Assembly: GCF_046119375.1 (NCBI RefSeq)
Contig: NW_027362765.1
Location: 391,158,001 to 391,222,000 of the forward strand
Direction: 5' to 3'
Length of the DNA: 64,000 nt
Source: Phyllobates terribilis
Lineage: Eukaryota
Shown: positions 45,277 through 58,400 of the stretch, in pieces
Position numbering within the stretch: position 1 is the stretch's first letter
How the letters are laid out: each line of letters begins with the position of its first letter
Program-made: the position numbers and the translations under genes
Notes under the pieces: generated by a model
What the model was told of the DNA's origin: nothing
Database searches by the model: none
The model's input: the letters and a program-made list of their open reading frames with translations, nothing else

Positions 45277-47302
45277 TTGTGGATGGTCTCCTGCGGGATC
45301 TCCTCCCAGACCTGGACTAAAGCATCCGCCAACTCCTGGACAGTCTGTGGTGCAACGTGATGTTGGTGGATGGAGCGAGACATGATGTCCCAGATGTGCT
45401 CAATCAAATTCAGGTCTGGGGAATGGGTGGGCCAGTCCATAGCTTCAATGGCTTCATCTTGCAGGAACTGCTGATGACGCACCCCCGGGGCAATGGGGTA
45501 CTCGGCAGCCGGGCCTATGGATGCTGGTGGGGGATAGGTCACAGTGGCTGGCCCGGTCCGTGGCCCAGGGTGGTCAACCAAAAAGGGGATTGTAACTTGG
45601 ATAGGAAAAATAAAAATAAAGTAAATAGTTCGTGACGCCACCTGTGGTACCTAGTAAGGTTTACCAGCGCTGCTGCAGACCTCCGGGGAGTGATGGGATG
45701 GCAGCTGAGGTGTTTCTGCTCCCCACAGGTGGAGCGGGCCCCCGGGGCAGTATGGAGTTTGATGGTGGGTGGTGATGCTGGGACCTGTAGGTCGGGTGGG
45801 ATGGCGCAGCAGGAGTAATTGACAGAGACAGGGGATTCGCTTCAATACCTTTACTGGTGCGGATGTCAGGTACGGTCCAGAGTACTCAGTAGGATGGGTG
45901 CACTTCTGGACTTTTCCCCAGTGAGCTGGTATAAGGCCTCCTGGTCCTTGTCTGCCTCTCTGTATGCTCCTGGTCAGCCTGCAACTGGGCCTAGCTTATG
46001 TGTCGTGACGTTCCTTCACCTGTCGCTCGGTAGTAGGACCTTCTGCTGGTAACCACTCTCCCTGGACGCTGGGGCCTTGTGGTTCCTGGTACTGTAATGG
46101 GTCTAGCTTCTGGTCGGCCAGGGACTTGTAGTCCTCCTGGAAGGCTGGTGATTCCTACTGGGTATAAAGGGACCCTGTAGGCGCAGACCCGGTGTCCGGT
46201 TTGTATATCAGGGTGAGCCTATGATGCTCCTCTGCCCCCTCAACTCCTCTCTTCCTCCTCCTCTTGCCTTCGGCCACACTCGGGGCCCTCAGAACTCAGC
46301 AGCAGACGAACTGCGTCTTCGCTGCTCTCAGCGTCAGCACGCTCTCAGACTCTCTCTCAGTCTGACTAAACTCTAAAACTGACTGACTGCCTGGCTCCAC
46401 CCTCCATATATATATATCCCTATCAGGGCTCCCTCTGGTGGTATGAGGTGGAAGGGTGGAGGTGTTTGTATGTAATGAGGGCCTCTTGTGGAGAAGTCCG
46501 TCTATGCACCCTGGGTCCTGTGGTACCTGTGCACAGCAGGGTGCCACACTGACACACTCCAGCCACATGAGGTCTGGCATTGTCCTGCATTAGGAGGAAC
46601 CCAGGGCCAACCGCACCAGCATATGGTCTCACAAGGGGTCTGAGGATCTTATCCCGGTACCTAATGGCAACCTCTGGCGAGCACATGGAGGGCTGTGCGG
46701 CCCTCCAAAGAAATTCCACCCCACACCATTACTGACCCACTGCCAAACCGGTCATGCTGAAGGATGTTGCAGGCAGCAGATCGCTCTCCACAGCATCTCC
46801 AGACTCTGTCACGTCTGTCACATGTGCTCAATGTGAACCTGCTTTCATCTGTGAAGAGCACAGGGCGCCACTGGCGACTTTGCCAATCCTGGTGTTCTGT
46901 GGCAAACGCCAAGCGTCCTGCACGGTGTTGGGCTGTGAGCACAACCCCCATCTGTGGGCGTCGGACCCTCATACCACCCTCATGGAGTCCGTTTCTAATC
47001 GTTTGTGCAGACACTTGCACATTTGTGGCCTGCTGGAGGTAATTTTGCAGGGCTCTGGCAGTGCTCCTCCTGTTCCTCCTTGCACAAAGACGGAGGTAGT
47101 GGTCCTGCTGCTGGGTTGTTGCCCTCCTACCGCTCCCTCCACATCTCCTGGTGTACTGGCCTGTCTCCTGGTGGCACCTCCAGCCTCTGGACACTATGCT
47201 GACATACACAGCAAACCTTCTTGCCACAGCTTGCATTGATGTGCCATCCTGGATGAGCTGCACTACCTGAGCAACTTCTGTGGGTTGTAGAGTCCATGTC
47301 AT
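45207..47302 (-). pseudogene. Tc1 DD34E transposase pseudogene, split by the LTR and a frameshift near 46665
   Basis: FTDESRF, QDNARPHVAGVCQ|QFLQ..SPDLNLIE (34 spacing once the LTR is removed), ends GGHTQY*. Confidence 0.9.
45475..46548 (-). mobile_element. Solo LTR (1074 bp), distant relative of the 4813 LTR family
   Basis: Minus strand TGTGGCACCC...GGGTGCGTCA; 4-bp TSD CTGA (45471-45474 and 46549-46552); removing it restores the Tc1 reading frame. Confidence 0.9.
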
Positions 47303-48130
47303 GCTACCATGAGTGTGAAAGCACAACCAACATTCAAAAGTGACCAAAACATCAGCCAGAGAGCATTGGTACTGAGATGTGGTCTGTGGTTCCCACCTGC
47401 AGAACCACTCCTTTATTGAGGGTGTCTTGATAATTGCCAATAATTTCCATCTATTGTCTATTCCATTTGCACAACAGCATGTGAAATTGATTGTCAATCA
47501 GTGTTGCTTCCTAAGTGGACAGTTTGGTTTCACAGAAGTTTGATTCACTTGGAGTTATATTCTGTTGTTTAAGTGTTCCATTTATTTCTTTGAGCAGTGT
47601 ATAAACAAAAATGTAATAAAAAAAAGGACATGGAATAGAGCTTATTAAAATGCGATACAATGAAGGAAAAGCGGTCTAGCTGTGTGAGCCACTAGGTATT
47701 TAATGATTGAAGAAGGAGGCAGAAGAATAAACAGAGTAAATGAGCAGCGAAGAAAAATAGAAAAGGGAAAAAAAGAAATCAGGAGGAGAAAAGTCAGCCA
47801 GTCTTTTCAGCTTTCACAGGGATTGTGCCTTTCACTTTGGACGGTGAGCATATTCTTTTCTTTCATTTAATTTTTTAACCCGGATAAGACTGTATTGCCC
47901 TCATTATCTTTCCAGTTTTTCATCATAATCATCTCTAATCATTGGTGCACAGATATATCAGAGACGGGTAGGATATTTAGCAGGATTGTGTTGCTTTACC
48001 TGCATCTACAACCCCTGACAAAAATTATGGAATCACCGGGCTCGGAGGATGTTCATTCAGTTGTTTAATGTTGTTGAAAAAAAGCAGATCATAGACATGG
48101 CACAAAACTAAAGTCATTTCAAATGGCAAC

Positions 48131-49846
48131 TGTAACATACCTGGCGGCGTCCTTGCATGGTGGTCCATCTCCCACTGTGCAAGAGCGCGCACTTGATCTC
48201 CAGTCCACAATGTCTCTCTGGCTTCCCTCCATGCTGTCTGTTTGTGTCTGTTTCTGCTGCTTAAGGGCGGCGCCCGATCACTTCCTGCTTTTTGTACCTG
48301 TTGTGGGTCACACCCCTTGTGCGTCCTCAGCCTATTGCTGTCTGTCACCTGGTATATAGCTCAGCTGCTCCCATCTATCCCTGCCTGAGCATTGTGTTTC
48401 ATTCAGTGTGTGCTTGCACTCTGAAGGTGCCAGGTCCCGTTCTGTGTTTCTCTTGTCTGCCTATCCTGGAGGCTGTATTTCCAGGCCTGTCTGAACACGC
48501 TCCTAGCCTGTTCCTCCCGCCTTCTAGCGGCCGATTACCTAGACCCGCTCCTGTATCTTGTCTGTCCTGTCTGAACACGCTCCTTGCCTGTTCGTCCCGC
48601 CTCTCTGGGGGCCGTATTCGCAGACCCGCTCCTGTATCCCTCTGCAGTGTCGGTCTCCTCCGTACACTCAGTTCCAGTCTGAACTCTCTCCTATCCTTTA
48701 CCTGTTTTGCCTCTATGTCCGATGTCCGTTCCCTTCCTTTTTCTGCAGAGTCTGAACTCGTACCTAACTCCTGCTTGTTGTCTCTGTACTCCCGTTTGTG
48801 AGTTTGTGGTCCACTCGCTACTTCACTGCAAGTACCCTGTGGGTATCTGGCTCTGCCTTTCTCTTCCTGTCTGTTCCGTGTGAACAGAGCCCTGTCCCCC
48901 CTGCTCTGCCTTGCTCACCGCTCCGGCGGTTCTAGCCTACTCTGACTCCTTTGCCCACTGCTCCGGTGGTTCTAGCCTGCTCTGACTCCTTTGCTCACCG
49001 CTCCGGCGGTTCTAGCCTGCTCTGACTCCTTTGCTCACCGCTCCGGCAGTTCTTGCCTGCTCTGACTCCTTTGCTCACCGCTCCAGCGGTTCTAGCCTGC
49101 TCTGACTCCTTTGCTCGCTGCTCCGGCAGCCTTGCTCCGCTCTGACCCTTTTGCTCACTGCTCCGGCAGTCTCGCTCCGCTCTTATCCTTTTGCTCACTG
49201 CTCCGGCAGTCTTGCTCCACTCTTGCTCACCGCTCCAGGCGGCCTCGTCCTGCTTTACTCTTGCTCACTGCTCCGGCAGTCTCGCTCAGCTCTGACCCTT
49301 TGCTCACCGCTCCTGGCGGCCTTGTCCTGCTCTACTCATGCTCACCGCTCCAGGCGATCTTGTCCTGCCCTGTTCTCGCTCACCTCTCTGGGCGGCCTCA
49401 CTCTGCTGTGTTTGTCCGCCACATCTGTGGTTCTGTTCCTGAGTCCCAGTGTGTACTGGGTCTTATCCCGCCTGTGTTCCTACCTGCTAGTGCCTCCCTG
49501 TCTGCACTCTAGCTGTGCTTGCCTGTACCCCCCTGCCTGCATACCCGCCTGCCTGCATACCAGTCGTGCCTGCCTATACCCACCAGTCTGTGCGCCAGCC
49601 TAACCAGTCTGTTCCTGTATTCCCCTGTGTGGGTCAACAGCCGTGTCCGGGGTCTGTCCTGGAGTAGCACCTGGTCCCTCTGCTCGGTTCCTCCTTGGTG
49701 CACTGGCGTCGTATGCCGTCGTGCGACCCTGGTCGGATCGGGTGAATACCTAGTTACGCCCCTCCAGGCATTCACTCTCCGGCACGGTCCAGTGGAATCA
49801 CTACAATCACACGCACACGCCGCTCAGCCCGGGCGTGTACATTACA
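48131..49846 (+). mobile_element. 1716-bp solo LTR-like insertion with internal tandem repeats
   Basis: TGTAAC...ATTACA termini; 5-bp TSD GCAAC (48126-48130 and 49847-49851); no coding domain. Confidence 0.78.
48915..49380. repeat. 40-bp tandem repeat inside the solo LTR, decaying rightwards
   Basis: CTCC(G/A)G at 48921, 48961, 49001, 49041, 49081 and 49121. Confidence 0.88.
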
Positions 49847-49986
49847 GCAACTTTAGGGCTTTAAGAAACACTAAAAGATTTTTTTCAGACCAAGCAGAGG
49901 GAAAAAATTATGGAATCACTCAATTCTGAGGAAAAAATTATGGAATCATGAAAAACAAACACACAAAAGAACACTCCAATACATCA

Positions 49987-51009
49987 CTAGTATTTTGTTG
50001 CACCACCTCTGGCTTTAATAACAGCTTGCAGTCTCTGAGGCATGGACTTAATGAGTGACAAACAGTACTCTTCATCAATCTGGCTCCAACTTTCTCTGAT
50101 TGCTGTTGCCAGATCAGCTTTGCAGGTTGGAGCCTTGTCATGGACTATTATCTTCAACTTCCACCAAAGATTTTCAATTGGATTGAGATCCGGACTATTT
50201 TCAGGCCATGACATTGACCTTATGTGTCTTCTTTCAAGGAATGTTTTCACACTTTTTGCTCTGTGGCAGGATGCATTATCATCTTGAAAAATGATGTAAT
50301 CATCCCCAAACATCCTTTCAATTGATGGGATAAGAAAACTGTCCAAAATATCAATGTAAACTTGGGCATTTATTGAAGATGTAATGACAGCCATCTCCCC
50401 AGTGCCTTTACCTGACATGCAGCCCCATATCATCAATGACTGTGGAAATTTGCATGTTCTCTTCATGCGGTCATCTTTATAAATCTCATTGGAATGGCAC
50501 CAAACAAAAGTTCCAGCATCATTACCTTGCCCAATGCAGATTCTCGATTCATCACTGAATATGACTTTCATCCAGTCATCCACAGTCCACGATTGCTTTT
50601 CCTTAGCCCATTGTAACCTTGTTTTTTTCTGTTTAGGTATTAACGATGGCTTATGTTTAGCTTTTCTGTATGTAAATCCCATTTCCTTTAGGCGGTTTTT
50701 TACAGTTCGGTCACAGACATTGACTCCAGTTTCCTCCCATTCGTTCCTCATTTGTTTTGTTGTGCATTTCCTGTTTTGGAGACATATTGCTTTAAGTTTC
50801 CGGTCTTGACGCTTTGATGTCTTCCTTGGTCTACCAGTATGTTTACCTTTAACAACCTTCCCATGTTGTTTGTATTTGGTCCAGATTTTAGACTCAGCTG
50901 TCTGTGAACAACCAACATCTTTTGCAACATTACGTGATGATTTACCTTCTTTTAAGAGTTTGATAATCCTCTCCTTTGTTTCAATTGACATTTCTCGTGT
51001 TGGAGCCAT
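49987..51009 (-). CDS. Intact Tc1 DD34E transposase (340 aa)
   Basis: ATG to TAG with no interruption; GRPRKT linker, FSDESR, QDDNASCH-x-SPDLNPIE with 34 residues between D and E. Confidence 0.95.
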   Translation of the reverse strand: MAPTREMSIETKERIIKLLKEGKSSRNVAKDVGCSQTAESKIWTKYKQHGKVVKGKHTGRPRKTSKRQDRKLKAICLQNRKCTTKQMRNEWEETGVNVCDRTVKNRLKEMGFTYRKAKHKPSLIPKQKKTRLQWAKEKQSWTVDDWMKVIFSDESRICIGQGNDAGTFVWCHSNEIYKDDRMKRTCKFPQSLMIWGCMSGKGTGEMAVITSSINAQVYIDILDSFLIPSIERMFGDDYIIFQDDNASCHRAKSVKTFLERRHIRSMSWPENSPDLNPIENLWWKLKIIVHDKAPTCKADLATAIRESWSQIDEEYCLSLIKSMPQRLQAVIKARGGATKY

Positions 51010-52462
51010 GATTCATGACAGTCCACTTAGTGCAACAGCTCTCCAAGGTGTGATCACTCCTTTTTAGATGCAGACTAATGAGCAGATCTAATTTAATTCA
51101 GGTGTTAGTTTTGGAAATGAAAATTTACAGGGTGATTCCATAATTTTTTCCTCAGAATTTAGTTATTCCATAATTTTTTCCCTCTGCTTGGTCTGAAAAA
51201 AAATACCCTTACTAAGTACCACATTTTTTAATCTTGATTTCTTTTAGTGTTTCTTAAAGCCCTAAAGTTGCCATTTGAAATGACTTTAGTTTTGTGCCAT
51301 GTCTATGATCTGCTTTTTTTCAACAACATTAAACAACTGAATGAACATCCTCCGAGCCCGGTGATTCCATAATTTTTGCCAGGGGTTGTACAAGGTTTGT
51401 CTGGCAGATTAGTTTCCTTATTTTTACCCATATAAACAATAACGAGTGAAAATTGACATAGAAATGATATTCATCACAAATAAAAATAGTAAAAAGAGCA
51501 GAATCCTCCTGGGAGGCGCACACAAGACAATCTGTTATATTATTATTACATCCGTGAAGTGCAGCAATAAATTCCCCATCAATCATAGCAGTAACTATTG
51601 AATTATAACTCCCTGGTGCTGAAGTGAGAAGTATGGCGATCACAATAGTAATTAGTTTAGGGTCTTCTATTCCCAGCTGTGGCCCTACTAATGAATGAAA
51701 TCTATATGGCTGTTGTCACAAGCTTTCCCTGGTAACAGTCATATATATGGTTACAGGGTCCTCGGGTTACGTAGCACAAGCATCAGACACACCGCAAATA
51801 CAGAGATTTTCATGGATTGAATCATTTTCCACATTCCCACATCACAAATCCAGCTTCTTTGTAATATTTCTTCCCCAACTTTTTGTTTCCCATTTTACAG
51901 ATTTTTTTGTTGCAACCGTGAAGAAGCTGCTTTTGACTGATCTGGTATTGTTATTATGTCTCTGTTTTATACTGTGAGTGTAGTATACAGAATTCTCATT
52001 GGGTCTCATCTTAACCCCTTAATGACTGACAATACTCCTTTATGGTGGTCATTAAAGGGATTTTATTAAAAGGGTAAAATTGACAAGTGCTTGTTAAAGG
52101 AAATTAGTTAGTAGGTTTTTGCTTCATAACCTGAGAGCAGCATGATATAAGGCAAGAGAGCCTGAATCCAAGAATGTGTCACTTACTGGACTGCTCGGTT
52201 CAGTTTTGATAGAATCACTGTTTTATCTGTGAATAACCCCGCCCACACCCCTGATTGGTAGCTTCTTGTGTGCACTGTTAACATATGTGTTTTCAATGGG
52301 GAGTAATGAGTAAGCCAATGCTAGGCAGCTTCAACATTGAAACTTAACATGCCCAATCCCATCTACAACAAATGAGCATTGCGGCTTATTAATGGGGGAT
52401 CTTTGGTGATACTGTGGTATGTAGAATGAGACTGTTTCGGCCCTGTAAGCAAAGAATATCAG

Positions 52463-55400
52463 GGAGACAAGAAGGAGTGACAAGAACTTCAACATGGAGT
52501 CAAGAAGGAGCGATAGGGACATCAACATGGATACAAGAAGGATTGACAGTGACTTCAATATGGAGACAAGAAGGATTGACAGTGACTTCAACATGGAAAC
52601 AAGGAGTGATAGGGACTTCATCATGAAGACAAGAAGGAGTGAAAAGGACTTCAACATGGGGAGAAGAAGGAGCAAGAGGAACTTCAACATGGAGACAATA
52701 AGGAGTGACAGCCAGAGTCTTCAACATGGAGACAAGAAGGATTGAAAAGGACTTCAACATAGGGAGAAGAAGGAGCAAGAGGAACTTCAACATGCAGACA
52801 AGAAGGAGTGACAGCCAGGGACTTCAACATGGAGACAAGAAAGAGTGAAAAGGACTTCAACATGGGGAGATGGTAGAGCAAGAGGAACTTCAACATGGAG
52901 ACAAGAAGGAGTGACAGCCAGACACTTCAACATGGAGACAAGAAAGAGTGAAAAGGACTTCAACATGGGGAGAAGAAGGAGCTAGAGGATCTTCAACATG
53001 GAGACAAGAAGGAGTGACAGCCAGACACTTCAACATGGAGACAAGAAAGAGTGAAAAGGACTTCAACATGGGGAGAAGAAGGAGCAAGAGGAACTTCAAC
53101 ATGGAGACAAGAAGGAGTGACAGCCAGGGACTTCAACATGGAAACAAGAAAGAGTGAAAAGAACTTCAACATGGGGAGAAGAAGGAGCAAGAGGAACTTC
53201 AACATGGAGACAAGAAGGAGCGACAGCCAGGGACTTCAACATGGAGACAAGAAGGAACGAGGGACTTCAACATGGAGACAAGAAGGAGTGACAGCCAGGG
53301 ACTTCAACATGGAAACAAGAAAGAGTGAAAAGAACTTCAACATGGGGAGAAGACGGAGCAAGAGGAACTTCAGCATGGAGACAAGAAGGAGTGACAGCCA
53401 GGGACTTCAACATGGAGACAAGAAAGAGTGAAAAGGACTTCAACATGGGGAGAAGAAGGAGCAAGAAGAACTTCAACATGGAGACAAGAAGGAGCGACAG
53501 CCAGGGACTTCAACATGGAGACAAGAAGGAACGAGGGACTTCAACATGGAGACAAGAAGGAACGAGGGACTTCCAGGACAGCCAGGGACTTCAACATGGA
53601 GAAAAGAAGGAGCGATAGGGACATCAACATGGATACAAGAAGGATTGACAGTGACTTCAACATGGAAACAAGGAGTGACAGGGACTTCATCATGGAGACA
53701 AGAAGGAGTGAAAAGGACTTCAACATGGGGAGAAGAAGGAGCAAGAGGAACTTCAACATGGAGACAAGAAGGAGTGACAGCCAGGGACTTCAACATGGAG
53801 ACAAGAAAGAGTAAAAAGGACTTCAACATGGGGAGTAGAAGGCGCAAGAGGAATTTCAACATGGAGACAAGAAGGAGTGACAGCCAGGGACTTCAACATG
53901 GAGACAAGAAAGAGTGAAAAGGACTTCAACATGGGGAGAAGAAGGAGCAAGAGGAACTTCAACATGGAGACAAGAAGGAGCGACAGCCAGGGACTTCAAC
54001 ATGGAGACAAGAAATAGTGAAGAGGACTTCAACATGGGGAGAAGAAGGAGCAAGAGGAACTTCAACATGGAGACAAGAAGGAACGACAGCAAGGGACTCC
54101 AACATGGAGACAAGAAAGAGTGAAAAGGACTTCAACATGGGGAGAAGAAGGAGCAAGAAGAACTTCAACATGGAGACAAGAAGGAGCGACAGCCAGGGAC
54201 TTCAAAATGGATACAAGAAGGATTGACAGTGACTTCAATATGGAGACAAGAAGGATTGACAGTGACTTCAACATGGAAACAAGGAGTGATAGGGACTTCA
54301 TCATGAAGACAAGAAGGAGTGAAAAGGACTTCAACATGGGGAGAAGAACGAGCAAGAGGAACTTCAACATGGAGACAAGAAGTGACAGCCAGGGTCTTCA
54401 ACATGGAGACAAGAAGGATTGAAAGGGACTTCAACATGGGGAGAAGTAGGAGCAAGAGGAACTTCAACATGGAGACAAGAAGGAGTGACAGCCAGGGACT
54501 TCAACATGGAGACAAGAAGGAGCGATAGGGACATCAACATGGATACAGGAAGGATTGACAGTGACTTCAACATGGAAACAAGGAGTGACAGGGACTTCAT
54601 CATGGAGACAAGAAAGAGTGAAAAGGACTTCAACATAGGGAGAAGAAGGAGCAAGAGGAACTTCAACATGGAGACAAGAAGGAGTGACAGCCAGACACTT
54701 CAACATGGAGACAAGAAAGAGTGAAAAGGACTTCAACATGGGGAGAAGAAGGAGCTAGAGGATCTTCAACATGGAGACAAGAAGGAGTGACAGCCAGACA
54801 CTTCAACATGGAGACAAGAAAGAGTGAAAAGGACTTCAACATGGGGAGAAGAAGGAGCAAGAGGAACTTCAACATGGAGACAAGAAGGAGTGACAGCCAG
54901 GGACTTCAACATGGAGACAAGAAAGAGTGAAAAGGACTTCAACATGGGGAGAAGAAGGAGCAAGAGGAATTTCAACATGGAGACAAGAAGGAGCGACAGC
55001 CAGGGACTTCAACATGGAGACAAGAAGGAACGAGGGACTTCAACATGGAGACAAGAAGGAGTGACAGCCAGGGACTTCAACATGGAAACAAGAAAGAGTG
55101 AAAAGAACTTCAACATGGGGAGAAGAAGGAGCAAGAGGAACTTCAACATGGAGACAAGAAGGAGCGACAGCCAGGGACTTCAACATGGAGACAAGAAGGA
55201 ACGAGGGACTTCAACATGGAGACAAGAAGGAGTGACAGCCAGGGACTTCAACATGGAAACAAGAAAGAGTGAAAAGAACTTCAACATGGGGAGAAGACGG
55301 AGCAAGAGGAACTTCAGCATGGAGACAAGAAGGAGTGACAGCCAGGGACTTCAACATGGAGACAAGAAAGAGTGAAAAGGACTTCAACATGGGGAGAAGA

Positions 55401-58400
55401 AGGAGCAAGAAGAACTTCAACATGGAGACAAGAAGGAGCGACAGCCAGGGACTTCAACATGGAGACAAGAAGGAACGAGGGACTTCAACATGGAGACAAG
55501 AAGGAACGAGGGACTTCCAGGACAGCCAGGGACTTCAACATGGAGAAAAGAAGGAGCGATAGGGACATCAACATGGATACAAGAAGGATTGACAGTGACT
55601 TCAACATGGAAACAAGGAGTGACAGGGACTTCATCATGGAGACAAGAAGGAGTGAAAAGGACTTCAACATGGGGAGAAGAAGGAGCAAGAGGAACTTCAA
55701 CATGGAGACAAGAAGGAGTGACAGCCAGGGACTTCAACATGGAGACAAGAAAGAGTAAAAAGGACTTCAACATGGGGAGTAGAAGGCGCAAGAGGAATTT
55801 CAACATGGAGACAAGAAGGAGTGACAGCCAGGGACTTCAACATGGAGACAAGAAAGAGTGAAAAGGACTTCAACATGGGGAGAAGAAGGAGCAAGAGGAA
55901 CTTCAACATGGAGACAAGAAGGAGCGACAGCCAGGGACTTCAACATGGAGACAAGAAATAGTGAAGAGGACTTCAACATGGGGAGAAGAAGGAGCAAGAG
56001 GAACTTCAACATGGAGACAAGAAGGAACGACAGCAAGGGACTCCAACATGGAGACAAGAAAGAGTGAAAAGGACTTCAACATGGGGAGAAGAAGGAGCAA
56101 GAAGAACTTCAACATGGAGACAAGGAGGAGCGACAGCCAGGGACTTCAAAATGGATACAAGAAGGATTGACAGTGACTTCAATATGGAGACAAGAAGGAT
56201 TGACAGTGACTTCAACATGGAAACAAGGAGTGATAGGGACTTCATCATGAAGACAAGAAGGAGTGAAAAGGACTTCAACATGGGGAGAAGAACAAGCAAG
56301 AGGAACTTCAACATGGAGACAAGAAGTGACAGCCAGGGTCTTCAACATGGAGACAAGAAGGATTGAAAGGGACTTCAACATGGGGAGAAGTAGGAGCAAG
56401 AGGAACTTCAACATGGAGACAAGAAGGAGTGACAGCCAGGGACTTCAACATGGAGACAAGAAGGAGCGATAGGGACATCAACATGGATACAGGAAGGATT
56501 GACAGTGACTTCAACATGGAAACAAGGAGTGACAGGGACTTCATCATGGAGACAAGAAAGAGTGAAAAGGACTTCAACATAGGGAGAAGAAGGAGCAAGA
56601 GGAACTTCAACATGGAGACAAGAAGGAGTGACAGCCAGACACTTCAACATGGAGACAAGAAAGAGTGAAAAGGACTTCAACATGGGGAGAAGAAGGAGCT
56701 AGAGGATCTTCAACATGGAGACAAGAAGGAGTGACAGCCAGACACTTCAACATGGAGACAAGAAAGAGTGAAAAGGACTTCAACATGGGGAGAAGAAGGA
56801 GCAAGAGGAACTTCAACATGGAGACAAGAAGGAGTGACAGCCAGGGACTTCAACATGGAGACAAGAAAGAGTGAAAAGGACTTCAACATGGGGAGAAGAA
56901 GGAGCAAGAGGAACTTCAACATGGAGACAAGAAGGAGTGACAGCCAGGGACTTCAACATGGAGACAAGAAAGAGTGAAAAGGACTTCAACATGGGGAGAA
57001 GAAGGAGCAAGAGGAACTTCAACATGGAGACAAGAAGGAGCGACAGCCAGGGACTTCAACATGGAGACAAGAAGGAACGAGGGACTTCAACATGGAGACA
57101 AGAAGGAGTGACAGCCAGGGACTTCAACATGGAAACAAGAAAGAGTGAAAAGAACTTCAACATGGGGAGAAGACGGAGCAAGAGGAACTTCAGCATGGAG
57201 ACAAGAAGGAGTGACAGCCAGGAACTTCAACTTGGAGACAAGATAGAGTGAAAAGGACTTCAACATGGGGAGAAGAAGGAGCAAGAAGAACTTCAACATG
57301 GAGACAAGAAGGAGCGACAGCCAGGGACTTCAACATGGAGACAAGAAGGAACGAGGGACTTCAACATGGAGACAAGAAGGAACGAGGGACTTCCAGGACA
57401 GCCAGGGACTTCAACATGGAGAAAAGAAGGAGCGATAGGGACATCAACATGGATACAAGAAGGATTGACAGTGACTTCAACATGGAAACAAGGAGAGACA
57501 GGGACTTCATCATGGAGACAAGAAGGAGTGAAAAGGACTTCAACATGGGGAGTAGAAGGCGCAAGAGGAATTTCAACATGGAGACAAGAAGGAGTGACAG
57601 CCAGGGACTTCAACATGGAGACAAGAAAGAGTGAAAAGGACTTCAACATGGGGAGAAGAAGGATCAAGAGGAACTTCAACATGGAGACAAGAAGGAGCGA
57701 CAGCCAGGGACTTCAACATGGAGACAAGAAATAGTGAAGAGGACTTCAACATGGGGAGAAGAAGGAGCAAGAGGAACTTCAACATGGAGACAAGAAGGAG
57801 TGACAGCAAGGGACTCCAACATGGAGACAAGAAAGAGTGAAAAGGACTTCAACATGGGGAGAAGAAGGAGCAAGAAGAACTTCAACATGGAGACAAGAAG
57901 GAGCGACAGCCAGGGACTTCAATATGGATACAAGAAGGATTGACAGTGACTTCAACATGGAAACAAGGAGTGATAGGGACTTCATCATGAAGACAAGAAG
58001 GAGTGAAAAGGACTTCAACATGGGGAGAAGAAGGAGCAAGAGGAACTTCAACATGGAGACAAGAAGTGACAGCCAGGGACTTCAACATGGAGACAAGAAA
58101 GAGTGAAAAGGACTTCAACATGGGGAGAAGAAGGAGCAAGAGGAACTTCAACATGGAGACAAGAAGGAGCGACAGCCAGGGACTTCAACATGGAGACAAG
58201 AAGGAACGAGGGACTTCAACATGGAGACAAGAAGGAACGAGGGACTTCCAGGACAGCCAGGGACTTCAACATGGAGAAAAGAAGGAGCGATAGGGACATC
58301 AACATGGATACAAGAAGGATTGACAGTGACTTCAACATGGAAACAAGGAGTGACAGGGACTTCATCATGGAGACAAGAAGGAGTGAAAAGGACTTCAACA

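Larger units (their letters stand above)
44873..47599 (-). mobile_element. Tc1-family transposon interrupted by a solo LTR
   Basis: TA|CACTGCTCAAA ... TTTGAGCAGTG|TA; transposase fragments on the minus strand. Confidence 0.92.
48009..51388 (-). mobile_element. Tc1-family IR/DR transposon with three direct repeats per TIR and a solo LTR inside one TIR
   Basis: TA|CAACCCCTG ... CAGGGGTTG|TA; long near-identical TIRs, each with three AAAAATTATGGAAT motifs. Confidence 0.94.
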
